Source: Vitrella brassicaformis CCMP3155 (lineage: Eukaryota > Protista > Chromerida). From it: a DNA stretch of 64,000 bases. The DNA is taken from positions 1 to 64,000 of the forward strand of contig CDMY01000293.1 in assembly GCA_001179505.1 (NCBI GenBank), in the 5' to 3' direction. Position numbers and translations under genes: made by a program. The first letter of the stretch is position 1, and each line of letters begins with the position of its first letter. Positions 1 through 11,157 of this stretch are shown here, one piece after another. The notes under the pieces were generated by a model, which made no database searches, had not been told where the DNA came from, and worked only from the letters and a program-made list of their open reading frames with translations.

Positions 1-52
1 AGAGCGACAATGGCGCACACCTGATGTAGAGAGCGACAATGGCGCACACCTG
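1..52. repeat. Two-copy tandem repeat, 29-bp period (23-bp unit AGAGCGACAATGGCGCACACCTG), possibly continuing left of the window
   Basis: Identical 23-mers at 1-23 and 30-52 separated by ATGTAG. Confidence 0.9.
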
Positions 53-313
53 GTAGAGTGGGATGGGGTTTCGGTCGGTCCTTTCAGCTGAGGGTCTCGA
101 AAGTCCTCCTCAACAATGAGCTTAGCGCGGAGAGGATCAGAGGAGAACGCGATAGCACTTCAACACCGGGAGAGAGGGAAAGGTTGGTAGGTAGGCCTTA
201 CTTCTCTGAGCGTTGGTTGGAGGGGAAGGGAGAGGGTAGTTGGACTCTACGCGCACACACACAGATGTACGTACTTATTGTACGCAACGTCTGTTTTGGC
301 CCTGCGTGCGTAC

Positions 314-484
314 CGATCTGAGTGTGGCGCCGCAGGCGTTGTCCGGGATGTCTTCGAGCGTGAACCAGTCCGCCCCATTTTGTTCGAAGTCAAACGCGAC
401 CTCACCGCTCACCCCAAACAGAAGCAGACTGCCGACGCCGACAATCAACGCACACGTACTACATGTACTACGTCGGATTGTCAT
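314..484 (-). CDS. First exon of a putative secreted protein, possibly an alpha-carbonic anhydrase (partial; downstream exons not resolved)
   Basis: ATG at 484 opens MTIRRSTCSTCALIVGVGSLLLFGVSGEVAFDFEQNGADWFTLEDIPDNACGATLRS, followed by a GTACGC donor. A hydrophobic signal-like segment precedes FDFEQNGADW...C, which resembles the alpha-CA N-terminal W/F-x-Y...G-x-x-W...C motif. The expected QSP motif and the Zn-binding His residues were not found. Confidence 0.3.
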
Positions 485-1195
485 GGTGAGTGTGGAGGAG
501 ATGAAAGGGAAGTCGGAGATAAAGGGAACTTCCAAACTTCCTCACGCATGTACGGAGCCGTTGCGGCCGGCCAGGACTGCGAGCCGGCCATCTTGGCCAA
601 CTCTGTGTTTTTGTGTTTGGTCCCGGAGACAGCGCATCACATATGTATCATCAATGACGTCTTACACACAGTCAAGTCCGTTCTGACATCACAGCACGCA
701 TACATGGACAGCATCACCAGCAGAGCGTCTGTGTCGGTCATTCGTCATGTCCGAGTGCTTGGCACTGCCCGAACACACATGACACACACCACACCACACA
801 GCACTGCAGCAATGATGAGGCCTCTACACGGCACATGCAAGCAGCAGTACTCTGCACACACATGGGGGAAAAGGCATCCAGACACTCATCCATCCATCCA
901 TGTAGGGAAGAACTCGGTGTCCGTCATCCCATACAAGCGAGCGGGACGTGACAACACACTCATCGCCACGGACCGAAAAATGCCTGGTCGTCTGCCATGC
1001 ACACACGTGGTCCACTCGTCCGTCATCTATCCATCCATCCAGGAATGCACGAATGAAAAACTCACGACAACAGCCATTCATTCATTCGTTCATGTACACG
1101 AGGCCAGGTGCGGTGCGCAGGTGAGACGTGTGACATGATTGATGCACACATGTATGGGTGGGTCTGTCGGTCGGTCTGTCTGTCTGTCTGTCTGT

Positions 1196-3879
1196 CTAGA
1201 ATCCGACTGTTGGAAAAGTGCCGGCGAATTCCTCGACTTCCTTCCTCAGCTGTGCCACGGAAGGCGGCTGCTTAGTGCGGATGTACTCGACGAAATCGAC
1301 CAACTTGGGACCTGTTCAAGCAAAACTCACACAAGGGGGTGGGTGGGTGGGTGGGTGCCTCTGTGAGTGCCTTTTGTCGGCTGGTGGTGTTGTGGCGCTT
1401 CCTACCTGTGCCCTTCTGCACATCGAGTGCGATGTCGACCGCATCGCTGATGTACTTGCCAATCTAATGGTGGTTCCACACGCACACAGACAGATCGACA
1501 ATCATACATGAATGAACCGCGCACATGTCGTTTCCTTCCTACACTGGCGCCTCACCTTTTTGAAGTCGGCTTCCACCAGACCCCTCGACGTCATCGCAGG
1601 CGCACCTGCAGCACATATCAGTCACACACAGAGAGGGGCAGATACAGGTAGAGATTTCGATTTGTGTCGGTCTGTTCCTTCATCATTGGTTACCTACCGA
1701 TTCTGATTCCATTTGGGTTCATAGCGCTTTTGTCAGTTGGTATGGTGTTTTTGTTGATGGTGATGTTGACAAGCTCGCAGACCTTCTCGGCCTTGGCGCC
1801 GCTCAAGCCCTTGGACCGCAAGTCAACCAATATCAAATGGTTGTCCGTGCCACCGGACACCAAGTCGAAACCCCTGACCACACACACATGCGGGGCGCGT
1901 TGATGAATGTCTGCTTGTCTGTACTGTGCTGTCTTTCGGTGCCCCTGGCTACCTTGCCATGAGCTCCTGGCCCACAGCCACCGCGTTTTTCTTGACCTGC
2001 TCTTGGTACTCACGGAACTCGGGCGTCGTCGCCTGACCCACACAAATAGAGGCAAAATAAATTCAGGTATGTTCAATTCCGATGCTTGTGAGGTCGCTGG
2101 CCGGGTGACCTGTTTCAGTGCGACGGCGAGTGCAGCGATGATGTGGTTGTGTGGGCCGCCCTGCATGCCCGGAAACACCGCAGCGTTGATCTTGTCCTCT
2201 ATGTCATACATTATCGCTGACATGTCCGCGGACACACGAAACGGAAGGAAAAAGACACAATGCGCCCCCCCGTCCGTCTGGGGTGTGGCTGTCGTGTGTG
2301 AGTGCGTCTGAGCGTACGTACGTTGTCCCTTCTTGTTGACGCCCTTTTGCCCCTTCCTATAGAAGATCATGGCCCCCCTGGGCCCCCGCAGGCTCTTGTG
2401 TGTGGTCGTCGTCACCACATCGCAGTAGTCAAACGGCGAAGGCACCACTCCCGCCGCCACCAAACCCTACACACACATACACACACACCATCACACATAG
2501 GTACATACGCCCATGTGCACGTGGAATGAGTGGCCGTGCGCTTTGATTACCTACCGATATGTGTGCCATGTCGGCCATCAGCCACGCGTTGCAGTCGTCG
2601 GCCACCTGCACAATTCATACATGCGCACATGTGGAAGCAAACATTGCACCTGCCCATGTGTGTGGTAGAGCGGTTGACTGACTTGTCTGAATCGTTTGTA
2701 GTCTAGGTTTCTCGAGTAGGCTGACGTGCCGGCGATGAGGATCTTGGGGCGGAACCGAACGGCGAACTTCTCCATCTCGTCGTAGTCTATCAAACCACTG
2801 CTCTGCACACATACCAGCACACACACACACACAGATGCATCAGTGCATTCGAGGCAGTCTATATGCGCGTTGCCGTGACCGACCACATCGAGTTTGTAAG
2901 GCATGCTGGTGAAGTACTTGGACACGGCCGACACCTTCTTGGTGTCCGTCTGGTAACCATGCGACAAACTGACACACACAGACAACATGAATAAGGATCA
3001 CTCGCACACGCCTTTCCCCTCTAAGTGTCTGTGTCTTTGGTCTTTGTTTCCTTACTGTCCGCCGTGTGGCAGGTCGAGTGCCATGATGCGGTCGTGTGGT
3101 TCGAGCAGCGCCGTGTAGAGGCAGAAGTTGGCTGGCGATCCCGAGAGCACCTGCACGTTGACGCCCCACTCATCGGGGTTGAGCCTGTAGGCCTCCAGCG
3201 CCCTCTTCTGACACAGACGCTCAGACATGTCGATGAACTCGTTGCCGCCGTAATACCTGCACGTAGGCGTGCACACATATCATATCAATGCGGTGTCCGT
3301 CTGCTCGAATTTCACTGTTCAGCTCACCTGGCGCCAGGGTATCCCTCTGAGTACTTGTTGGTCATAACCGAACCAATCGTGTCCAACACATAGCGGGGGG
3401 CAAAATTCTGTAGCACACAAACAAAACGGACCACAAAACAGGCATGTGAGTGAGCGAGTGAGTGCATCCTCACTCAGACTGACTGCATTTGGAGGGAGAG
3501 GGGCTGACCTCTGATGCGATGAGTACGATGCTCTTCTTTTGCCTGTCTTTCTCCATCTCGATGATGTGGGCCATCTCGGGATCCACTGAAGCCAACGACG
3601 CATTCACCTGCACACGCAGCAACGCACAGGCGGACAAAACACAGAACAGTCCCACGTCAGTCGATGCCGTGAAAGGCCCGCAGACCACCGGGGGAGTCTG
3701 CCTGCCTGCCTCTTGCTATCTATACTGCCATGATCATTTCACTGTGCATCTCCTTCCCGCCTGCGTACCCTCATGGCCTCTGTGGAGATCCATCTCGAGA
3801 TGGGTACGGCGGCTGATCTCACGGCGGCAACAGGCGCCCGCACAAGCAGGCCGCTGGCCGCTGATCTCATGCGCCTCAT
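1196..3879 (-). CDS. SHMT: Serine hydroxymethyltransferase, likely mitochondrial (multi-exon)
   Basis: Spliced exons give [64 protein letters not shown] (PLP lysine), [11 protein letters not shown] and [13 protein letters not shown], ending [14 protein letters not shown] (stop 1196-1198). The N-terminus [37 protein letters not shown] is Arg/Ser/Ala-rich with almost no acidic residues, like a mitochondrial presequence. Confidence 0.95.
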
Positions 3880-4095
3880 TTCCCGAATTAGGAGAGAGCG
3901 TTTCAGGAGAAAACTGCGTTTCAAGAGAAAACTGCGAGCTACTAGCTCGCGAAGGAAAGAAGGAGGCGCCGCCACCGTTGCGTAGCTGGCAGCGGCGTCA
4001 TCCCTCACTCGATAGTGATCTCCATCCGTGGTTAGCTGCTCATCGCACGTGATCGATCTGGTGGCGCCTTCAGGAGTGTGTGTAGCCGGCGGATC
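3880..4095. promoter_or_regulatory. Putative bidirectional promoter between SHMT and SPT5, containing an 18-bp tandem duplication and a perfect palindrome
   Basis: 216 bp between divergent ATGs. TTTCA(G/A)GAGAAAACTGCG occurs twice (3901-3936). GCGAGCTA-C-TAGCTCGC inverted repeat at 3934-3950. Confidence 0.55.
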
Positions 4096-7000
4096 ATGGA
4101 ATCGGTGAGATGGCAGGCAGCACACGAACAGCAGGGCAGACGGGAGCAGACAGATGCAGAGAGACTCGCACTTCCACTTAGTCAGACGCCTTAGACGAAG
4201 CATAGATGCGCCTCCCGCCTTGACACGCACGTGAATGTGTGTGCGTGTGTGTGTTTGTTGCAGCCTGAGGAGGAACCGCATGACAACGACGAGGGCATCT
4301 TTGACGACAATGACGACGAGCACGAGGAGGGCATGGAGGGCGGCAGCCCGGCGTCAGGAGAACCAGGAGGGGCACACGAACCACACCCACAACACCAACA
4401 ACCGGTCAGCAAGACACCATTACACGTCACCAACCACAATGTGGTCCGCACGGCGTCTCATGTTGGCTGGACATGGGTGTACGTACGTCTGTCAGGGTGC
4501 GGCTGCTGCCCATGCGGGTGGTGGCAGTGGTGGTGGGTATGAGGGTTTAGAGCGCGACGAGGACGAGGATGCGGAACACGACTATGACGAGGAAGACGAG
4601 GACGAAGGTCACTCAGCCCACTCGGCACTCACACACCACCCCAATTGCCGGATGTAGCACTTGTGTGGCGTTCCTGTGTTGGTCCGTGTGTGCAGACGAT
4701 GAGGAGGAGGAGGATGAGAGCCCCCAGGAGCAGAGAAGGAAGAAGTCCAAGAAGAAGAGGGGCAGAGGAACGTACGTGACAGACAGACAGACACCGACCC
4801 ACCACACCAACCATCACACCCACCCACCCTGTCTGTCTGTCTGTCTGTGCTTTGCTGGGTGTGGTGTGGTGTAGTGGCCCGGCCCGCAAGAACGCCAAGA
4901 AGAGGAAGCGCGGCGGCGCCCAGCAGTTTTTGGACATTGAGGCCGCTGAGGACGAGGATGAGGATGAGGACGAGGAGGACGACGACCTCTTTAACGAGGT
5001 GGCCGACGAGGCCGAACTCAACAGGGCCGCATCCAACAGAGAACTGGCCGACAGACGGTGAGTGGGGACGGGCGGGAGCACTCACACATTGTGATACGAT
5101 ACGTATTGATGGGGAGTGCATCTCGTCTACTGTACGCGGGTCGTGTTGCTTCCTTGTCTCTCTGTCTGTGAGTGCAGTCGGCGTGACCGTGACGATGCCG
5201 AGAGGGGCCGAAGACAGGACCATCTGGTACGCACACATATACACCATACAAAGCGTTTCGGTACCTTTCTTTTCGGTGCTTGTCTGTCCGTGTGACTCCT
5301 ATCTGTCTGCCAGAGTCGTGCCATCGAGGGCATGGAGGAGCGATTCAAGGTGAGTGCGCCACGCACGGCCCTCATACGCCTTGGTGAGCACGTGTCGAGT
5401 TGTTGTGCTGTGCAGCACATCGGCGAGGTCGGCGACGAAGAGGACATGATGGAGGACTACGAAGAACGATGTACGCTGCCAACGACAACGCCACACACAC
5501 ACGCTCGCTATCTGACCGATGTCTGTGTGGTGTCTATGTATGTATGTATGTATGTATGTCATGTGTGGTGTTCAGATGGCCCTGGTGCTGGGGTGGCGGA
5601 TGCGCGCTCCCTCATGCCCGACTTCAACAGAGACAAACTATGGCTCGTCAAATGCAGGGAGGTACACCACCCATCACAACATAACACAACACGCAAGGCA
5701 CAACCACGCACACCATGTGTCTGCGCGTCTCGTCCCATCCGCCAGACCAACAAGGAGCGAGAGGTCTGCATCGCAATCATGCGCAAATTCTTCGCCAAAC
5801 TCAACGAGGTCATAAGTATGACACGATAAATGCAACGGGTCCATGCCCGGGTGATGGATTGGAACGAGTGCCTCTTTCCTTCCATCTGTGTGTGTGTGTG
5901 TAGACAAAGGACGCTGCTCATTTCGGCATCACTGCTGCGTACGCGGCGGATAACCTCAAGGGCTACATATACGTCGAGGCCGAAAACGACGGCAGAATAC
6001 GAGAGGTGAGCAGACGACAGACTGACACCACAGAACACGACATGACACGCCATCAAGGGGCGGACAGTACGTTCTGTATGCACATGTCATGTCATGCAGG
6101 CGCTGTATGGGTTCCGTTCCCTCAACATCACCAAGATCATGCGAGTGCCCACCAACGAGATGCAGCAAGTCTTCAAAATGGTGCCCACGCATCCATGCCG
6201 ACCCACCTCCACGGACGGACGCACAGCAATGCATTCACACATGGCTGCCCTTTTGTGTGGTTGTGAATGTCCACGTGCAGCGCGGCAAGCTGATGGATGA
6301 TTTCCAGAAGAGCGACTGGGTGCGGTTCAAACGGGGCCTCTACGGCGGAGACCTCGCACAGGTATCTATCTGCCCACACATACCACACTCACCAACACCC
6401 ACGCAACGATAGCATGCACGCACTGACCTTCTCTATTTTCTCTCTCTCTCCGTGACTGTGTGGCTGTATGTGTGTGTGCAGGTGTATCAGTACGACGACC
6501 TGAGTGGCCAGGTGTGGGTGTTGGTCAAGCCCCGCATCGACTGGCACGAGGTCTCAGAGCTCTCACAGAAGGAGGAGGACAACGGCGGCAGGCCATACCG
6601 CATACCAGCCGGAATCAAAACAGGACAGAAGCGACCGCCCCCCAAATTCTTCGAGTCCGAAGAGGTCAGCCCGTCGGTCTCACATCTGACACCGACGCGT
6701 GCACCAGGCGCCCGAGTGGTGCGGGTCGTGTATGTTGGCCCATGCATACATGCAGGTGCAGAGCAAGTACAATCTGATTGTCGAGACGCACAACGAGGCG
6801 GGTCTCAACCTGCGGGTGCACAAGGTGTTCAACAAGAAGTTCTACGGCGGACTGCTACTCGAGAAGGTGCGGGCCGGCCAGCTCGTGTCGGGCGCCGACG
6901 TGCGTCCGTCACTCGACGAGCAGCGCAACTTCCACCCCAAAGACGCTGGCGAGGAACTGCACGACCTGCAGCGACTCAGAGACAAACACGGTGAGGAAGT

Positions 7001-10000
7001 GGGCGAGTGGGTGAGGGGATGCACTCACTCATGTGACACGTGTGTGTTCATGCATGGCATCCAGTGTCGGCCAAGCCGTTGGACAAGGCGTCGGACATCG
7101 TGATCGGCGACCGGGTGGTGGCGTACAAGGGGCAACTCAAGGGCATCAGGGGACACGTTGTCGGTATGCACACACACTCACACTGAGAGACAGACATAGG
7201 TGTGCATCCATTCATCCGTCCACACACCCATACGTACATACTGTGGATGATGCCTTTGCTTGTGTGGCTGGTGTGGCTGGTGTGGCTTGTGTCGTGTGTT
7301 GTGTGCAGATGTGGTTCACGAGGGTGCGCAGGTGGTTGTGGAGAGCGAAGTCGCCAACCAAGACAACAAACTCAAATACACACTCGATGTCAGGCAGCCA
7401 CGCACAGACCACCACACAGCGCGTGCGCTCTCACCCAGCACGGACACATGCTTCTTTCTTCTCTGTTTGTGTGTGCAGCGTGGTGAGGTCCGCCGCATAT
7501 TCGTCATCGGCGATCACGTCCACGCCATTCAGGGCGTCAACGAAGGTACATATGCCACACGACTTATCCCTCCCCTCCACACTGTATCTGTGTGTGCCTG
7601 TGGGTCGGTCCTTGTGCAGGTGAGAGCGGTCTGATTGTGGAGGTCGAGGACGACAAAATCGCATCCGTCTTCAGCCAAACTAACAAAAAAGCCGTACGCA
7701 TACTCAGGCACAGAGAGAGACAAGTGCTTACTTGTATCACATCCGCACCCACTGACTTTTCTGTCCCTCTTGGCCTGCCTACCAGTGGAAGAGCGACTTC
7801 GCCAATCTGCGTTTGGTGTCTGACGAGGGTGTGGGCGGGCTGGACCGTCTGGGCGCATATGCCGTGGGCCACCTGGTGCTGCTCACCAACCAAGAGACGG
7901 GCGTCATCACACGCATCGAACGAAACAAGTCAGTCTATCAGCCAAATACACAGACAGACAGACAGACAGGATGGCAACAAATGTCGCGGGAAATGCGGTT
8001 GCTGGACGGATGCCTGCGGTTGGCTCTTTTGTCGTGTGGTCGTCAGGACGCTTCATGTCCTCCTGAGCAACGGCAAGATCCAGCCCGTGCAGCTCTCAGA
8101 GATCTGTAAGACACACATGGTGCACACGCGCTTCCGCTTCCGACACATCCACCCACGTGTGTCTTGATGTCCCTTTCTATGTGTGTGCAGCGCAGCGGCG
8201 CAAGACGAGTTTCTCTCGCTCGTCTGACAAAAACCGTGTGCAGTTCGGAGCCAACGACTACGTCACCGTGTTGGATGGCGAGCACACGGGCATCACAGGC
8301 ATCGTCGAACACATCTGGAGGAGCCAGGTCTTCATCAAGGTGAGGGAGACTCACAAGGAGAGAGAAGGCGTTACGGCCCTTGCATACATACGCTGCATGC
8401 ACATCAATCAATGTGATCAGGTCAAGGGTCGCGTTGACAACGGTGGATACGTCGTGGTGTCGTCCCGCAATCTCAAGAAGATCGGCGGCGACCGCTTTGC
8501 CGCACCCACTGCCGGCGGGAGGCCATCAGCCGTCAATGGGCCCCCCAACCTCGGGCCCTCATCCGCCACCGAAGCAGGCCCGGGCAGCTTCGCATACGAG
8601 CCAGCATCAGCTGGCGGCGTCATCGGACCGACGTCGCCCGTACTCGACTCACAATACGGCGGCGGCCCATCGGCTACTGCACGGTCAGGGCGCGGCGGTC
8701 GGGGTGGGTCGCGTGTGACGACGCTCGATGACGTCATGGGGCGAGGGAGGGACGGCAGGGGCGGCTTCCGCAGTGGTGGGTTCAGGGGCGGCGGTGGGCG
8801 TGGGAGGGGGCGGCAGCACGACTTTATCGGTCAGGACGCGAGGATCCTCAAGGGCCACTACAAGGGGTACACGGGCACCATTCGAGACGTGGAGAGAAAC
8901 AACATCACGTTAGTTGGCAAGGACGGGACACGGGGGACGCAGGGGAGAGAACGTCTCATGTCTGTATCTCTTCGGTGTGGTGGTGGTTGTTCCCTTCACG
9001 CAGCATCACGCTTCACAGCAAGAGTCGTTCGGTGACTCTCCCTGGCCGTGACGTCACCCTCCTCAACAACCCAGACGAAAAAAGTAATCCAATCGCCACC
9101 CCCACCTGACACGGTACCATCCATACCCATTTTCTTGCCCGTCTCTTGTCTGGTCTCCCTCAGCTGGCTACGGGGCCGAGGCGTTCCGCGCCCCCTCTCG
9201 CGCCCCCCTGTCCAGCCAGCCTCCCCTCTCCCACCCCCCGTCAGCCAGGCTTCCCTCGTCGCGCAACGTCCAGTCGCCCTCGTACCCCTTCTCGCCCCCA
9301 TCCATCCGCGACCCCCCCAGGGCGGCCAACCAGCCCGTGTCCCCGCCATACAGTGCGATGGGCAGGGGGGCAGGCGAGCAGCGCGACCCCTACGAACCGG
9401 AGGGCAGCATGCCGATGTCACCGGCCTTCCCACAGCCGTCTGCCGGTGGGGGTGGGACGCCCGCCGACAACAGGGCCATGGGCATGCAGAGCCCTATGCC
9501 TACCAGCCCACAACTCAGGCACAACGCCGCCGCATTTCCGCAGACAGACGTGCACGTGCCCAGAGGTGAGATGGGTAGCTGGGTGGGCTGGTTGGGAGGG
9601 TCTGTTCAATCCACTCACTGGGCGCGTGGCACCTGAATGAGTCCATCCCTTTATGTGGTGTGGTGTGTTCGTCAGGTATGGTGTCGCCCCCGCACGACCA
9701 AGGCCTGGCGGGTGCGATGAACGAGGGCCGGGGCGGCCCGGCTGCTGCAGCAGCTGGCCCTGGTGGTGGAGGTGGCGGTCTGTCGGCCGAGAGTGACGAG
9801 GGCAGGTGGGCGATGCGTGGCGTGCAGGTGGTCATCTCCGCCGAAGGAGACTACAACGGACAATGCGTAAGACGCCACGAAATCAATCAAGGAAGGAATG
9901 AGCCGCCAGCAACCAACACGCACGAGTCCCTTGTTTTGCGTCTCTGCGTGTGTGGGTGTGCAGGGAATCATCAAGTTGCGCAAGACAGACGAGGGCATAT

Positions 10001-10416
10001 GCCACGTGCACATTCCTGGCGAGGGCGACGAGGACGACGACCTCATCGCCATCGAACTCAAGGGGCTCAAACCACTCGACCCACAGGAAAACCAACAACA
10101 AGTACGCTTTGAATGCACCCATCCTCTATGCAGCCATCACCACACCCTCTGTGTTGTGTGTGCGTCTGTCTGTGTGCTTCAGGTGATAGTGGTGGGAGGT
10201 CGTGAGAAGTTTGGTGAGGTGGGGACGGTTCTGACGATCGCGCCCACTCACACAGCGGTGGCGTTGAAGATGCGTGGGAGCGGCGAGCTGCAGACGGTTG
10301 AGAAGAAGCACCTGGCCGTCTACCAGAGCCCACCGGCATCCGATGAGGAGGATGACGAGGAGGAGGAGGAGGAAGAAGAGGAAGACGATCAAGAGCAGGA
10401 CGAGGGCGGCGAATGA
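4096..10416 (+). CDS. SPT5: Transcription elongation factor SPT5 (acidic N-terminus, NGN domain, multiple KOW domains, Gly/Arg- and Ser-Pro-rich C-terminal region)
   Basis: Predicted 9-nt first coding exon MES then acidic tracts; QQFLDIEAAED; NGN segment KLWLVKC...NLKGYIYVEAEN...IMRVPTNEM; KOW motifs WVRFKRGLYGGDLAQV, GDRVVAYKGQLKGIRG, YVTVLDGEHTGITGIVEHI and QDARILKGHYKGYTGTIRDV; terminal KOWs; stop at 10414-10416. Confidence 0.93.
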
Positions 10417-10612
10417 ACAAGTGACTGAGTGAGTGAGTGAGTGAGTGAGTGAGTAAGAAAGCAGCGACGGACGCGCTCTGTGTGGGAGCGAATGAGGCGG
10501 GCGGGTGGGTGGATGGGTGGGTGGGAGCATACAGACAGACAACACGATTTTTGGTCACCAGCGAATTGAGAGGACCAATGGCCGCCCTTTCATTCATGTG
10601 ATGGGTTGATGC

Positions 10613-10640
10613 ATAACAAACGTGGATAACAAACGTGGAT
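10613..10640. repeat. 13-bp two-copy tandem duplication (ATAACAAACGTGG) in the intergenic region
   Basis: ATAACAAACGTGG ATAACAAACGTGG AT read directly from the sequence. Confidence 0.85.
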
Positions 10641-11157
10641 TGGATCCTTCAAGTAGCTCTCGTATGTTTGTCCCCTAGTGGACCCCCAGCGTGCAGGACG
10701 CACGGACCACGCCCAACACGCTCACACAAATGTCTGCCTGCCTGCCTGTACCTACCTGCCGACACGAGCTAGTCCCAACCAATGAACGAACGGACGGACG
10801 AACCTACCGTCTTCCCAGGGCTGACTCTTGGCCCACACCCAACCCAAACCACACACTCATTCACACACATGCACACACGCGGATCGATCTGACCCGTCTG
10901 GCACCCAACCAATCGACTCTCACTCACCACAGCGCACAAGCGACAACCGACTGTCCGTGGACGCGCTTACGGACTAGTCTAAGAAGACGAAAGACCAACA
11001 ACCATCTCGACCTTACTGACTGCATTGATGCACTGCCTCACGGAAGAAAAAAGAACACACACACACACACATTGATGTGCCCATTCGTATGTGTCTGCGG
11101 TACAATTCCTGGAAAAAGTACGAGGCACCACCAGAGGGGGCAAAAGAAGTGAGCGAC

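Noticed and set aside
1-52. Direct repeats resembling a CRISPR array
   Set aside because: Only two units with a 6-bp spacer, eukaryotic context and no cas genes; it is a simple tandem duplication.
60-130. Hammerhead-ribozyme-like CTGA...GAAAC string on the minus strand
   Set aside because: The core CUGAnGA consensus is not met (CTGAAAG) and the required stems could not be formed.
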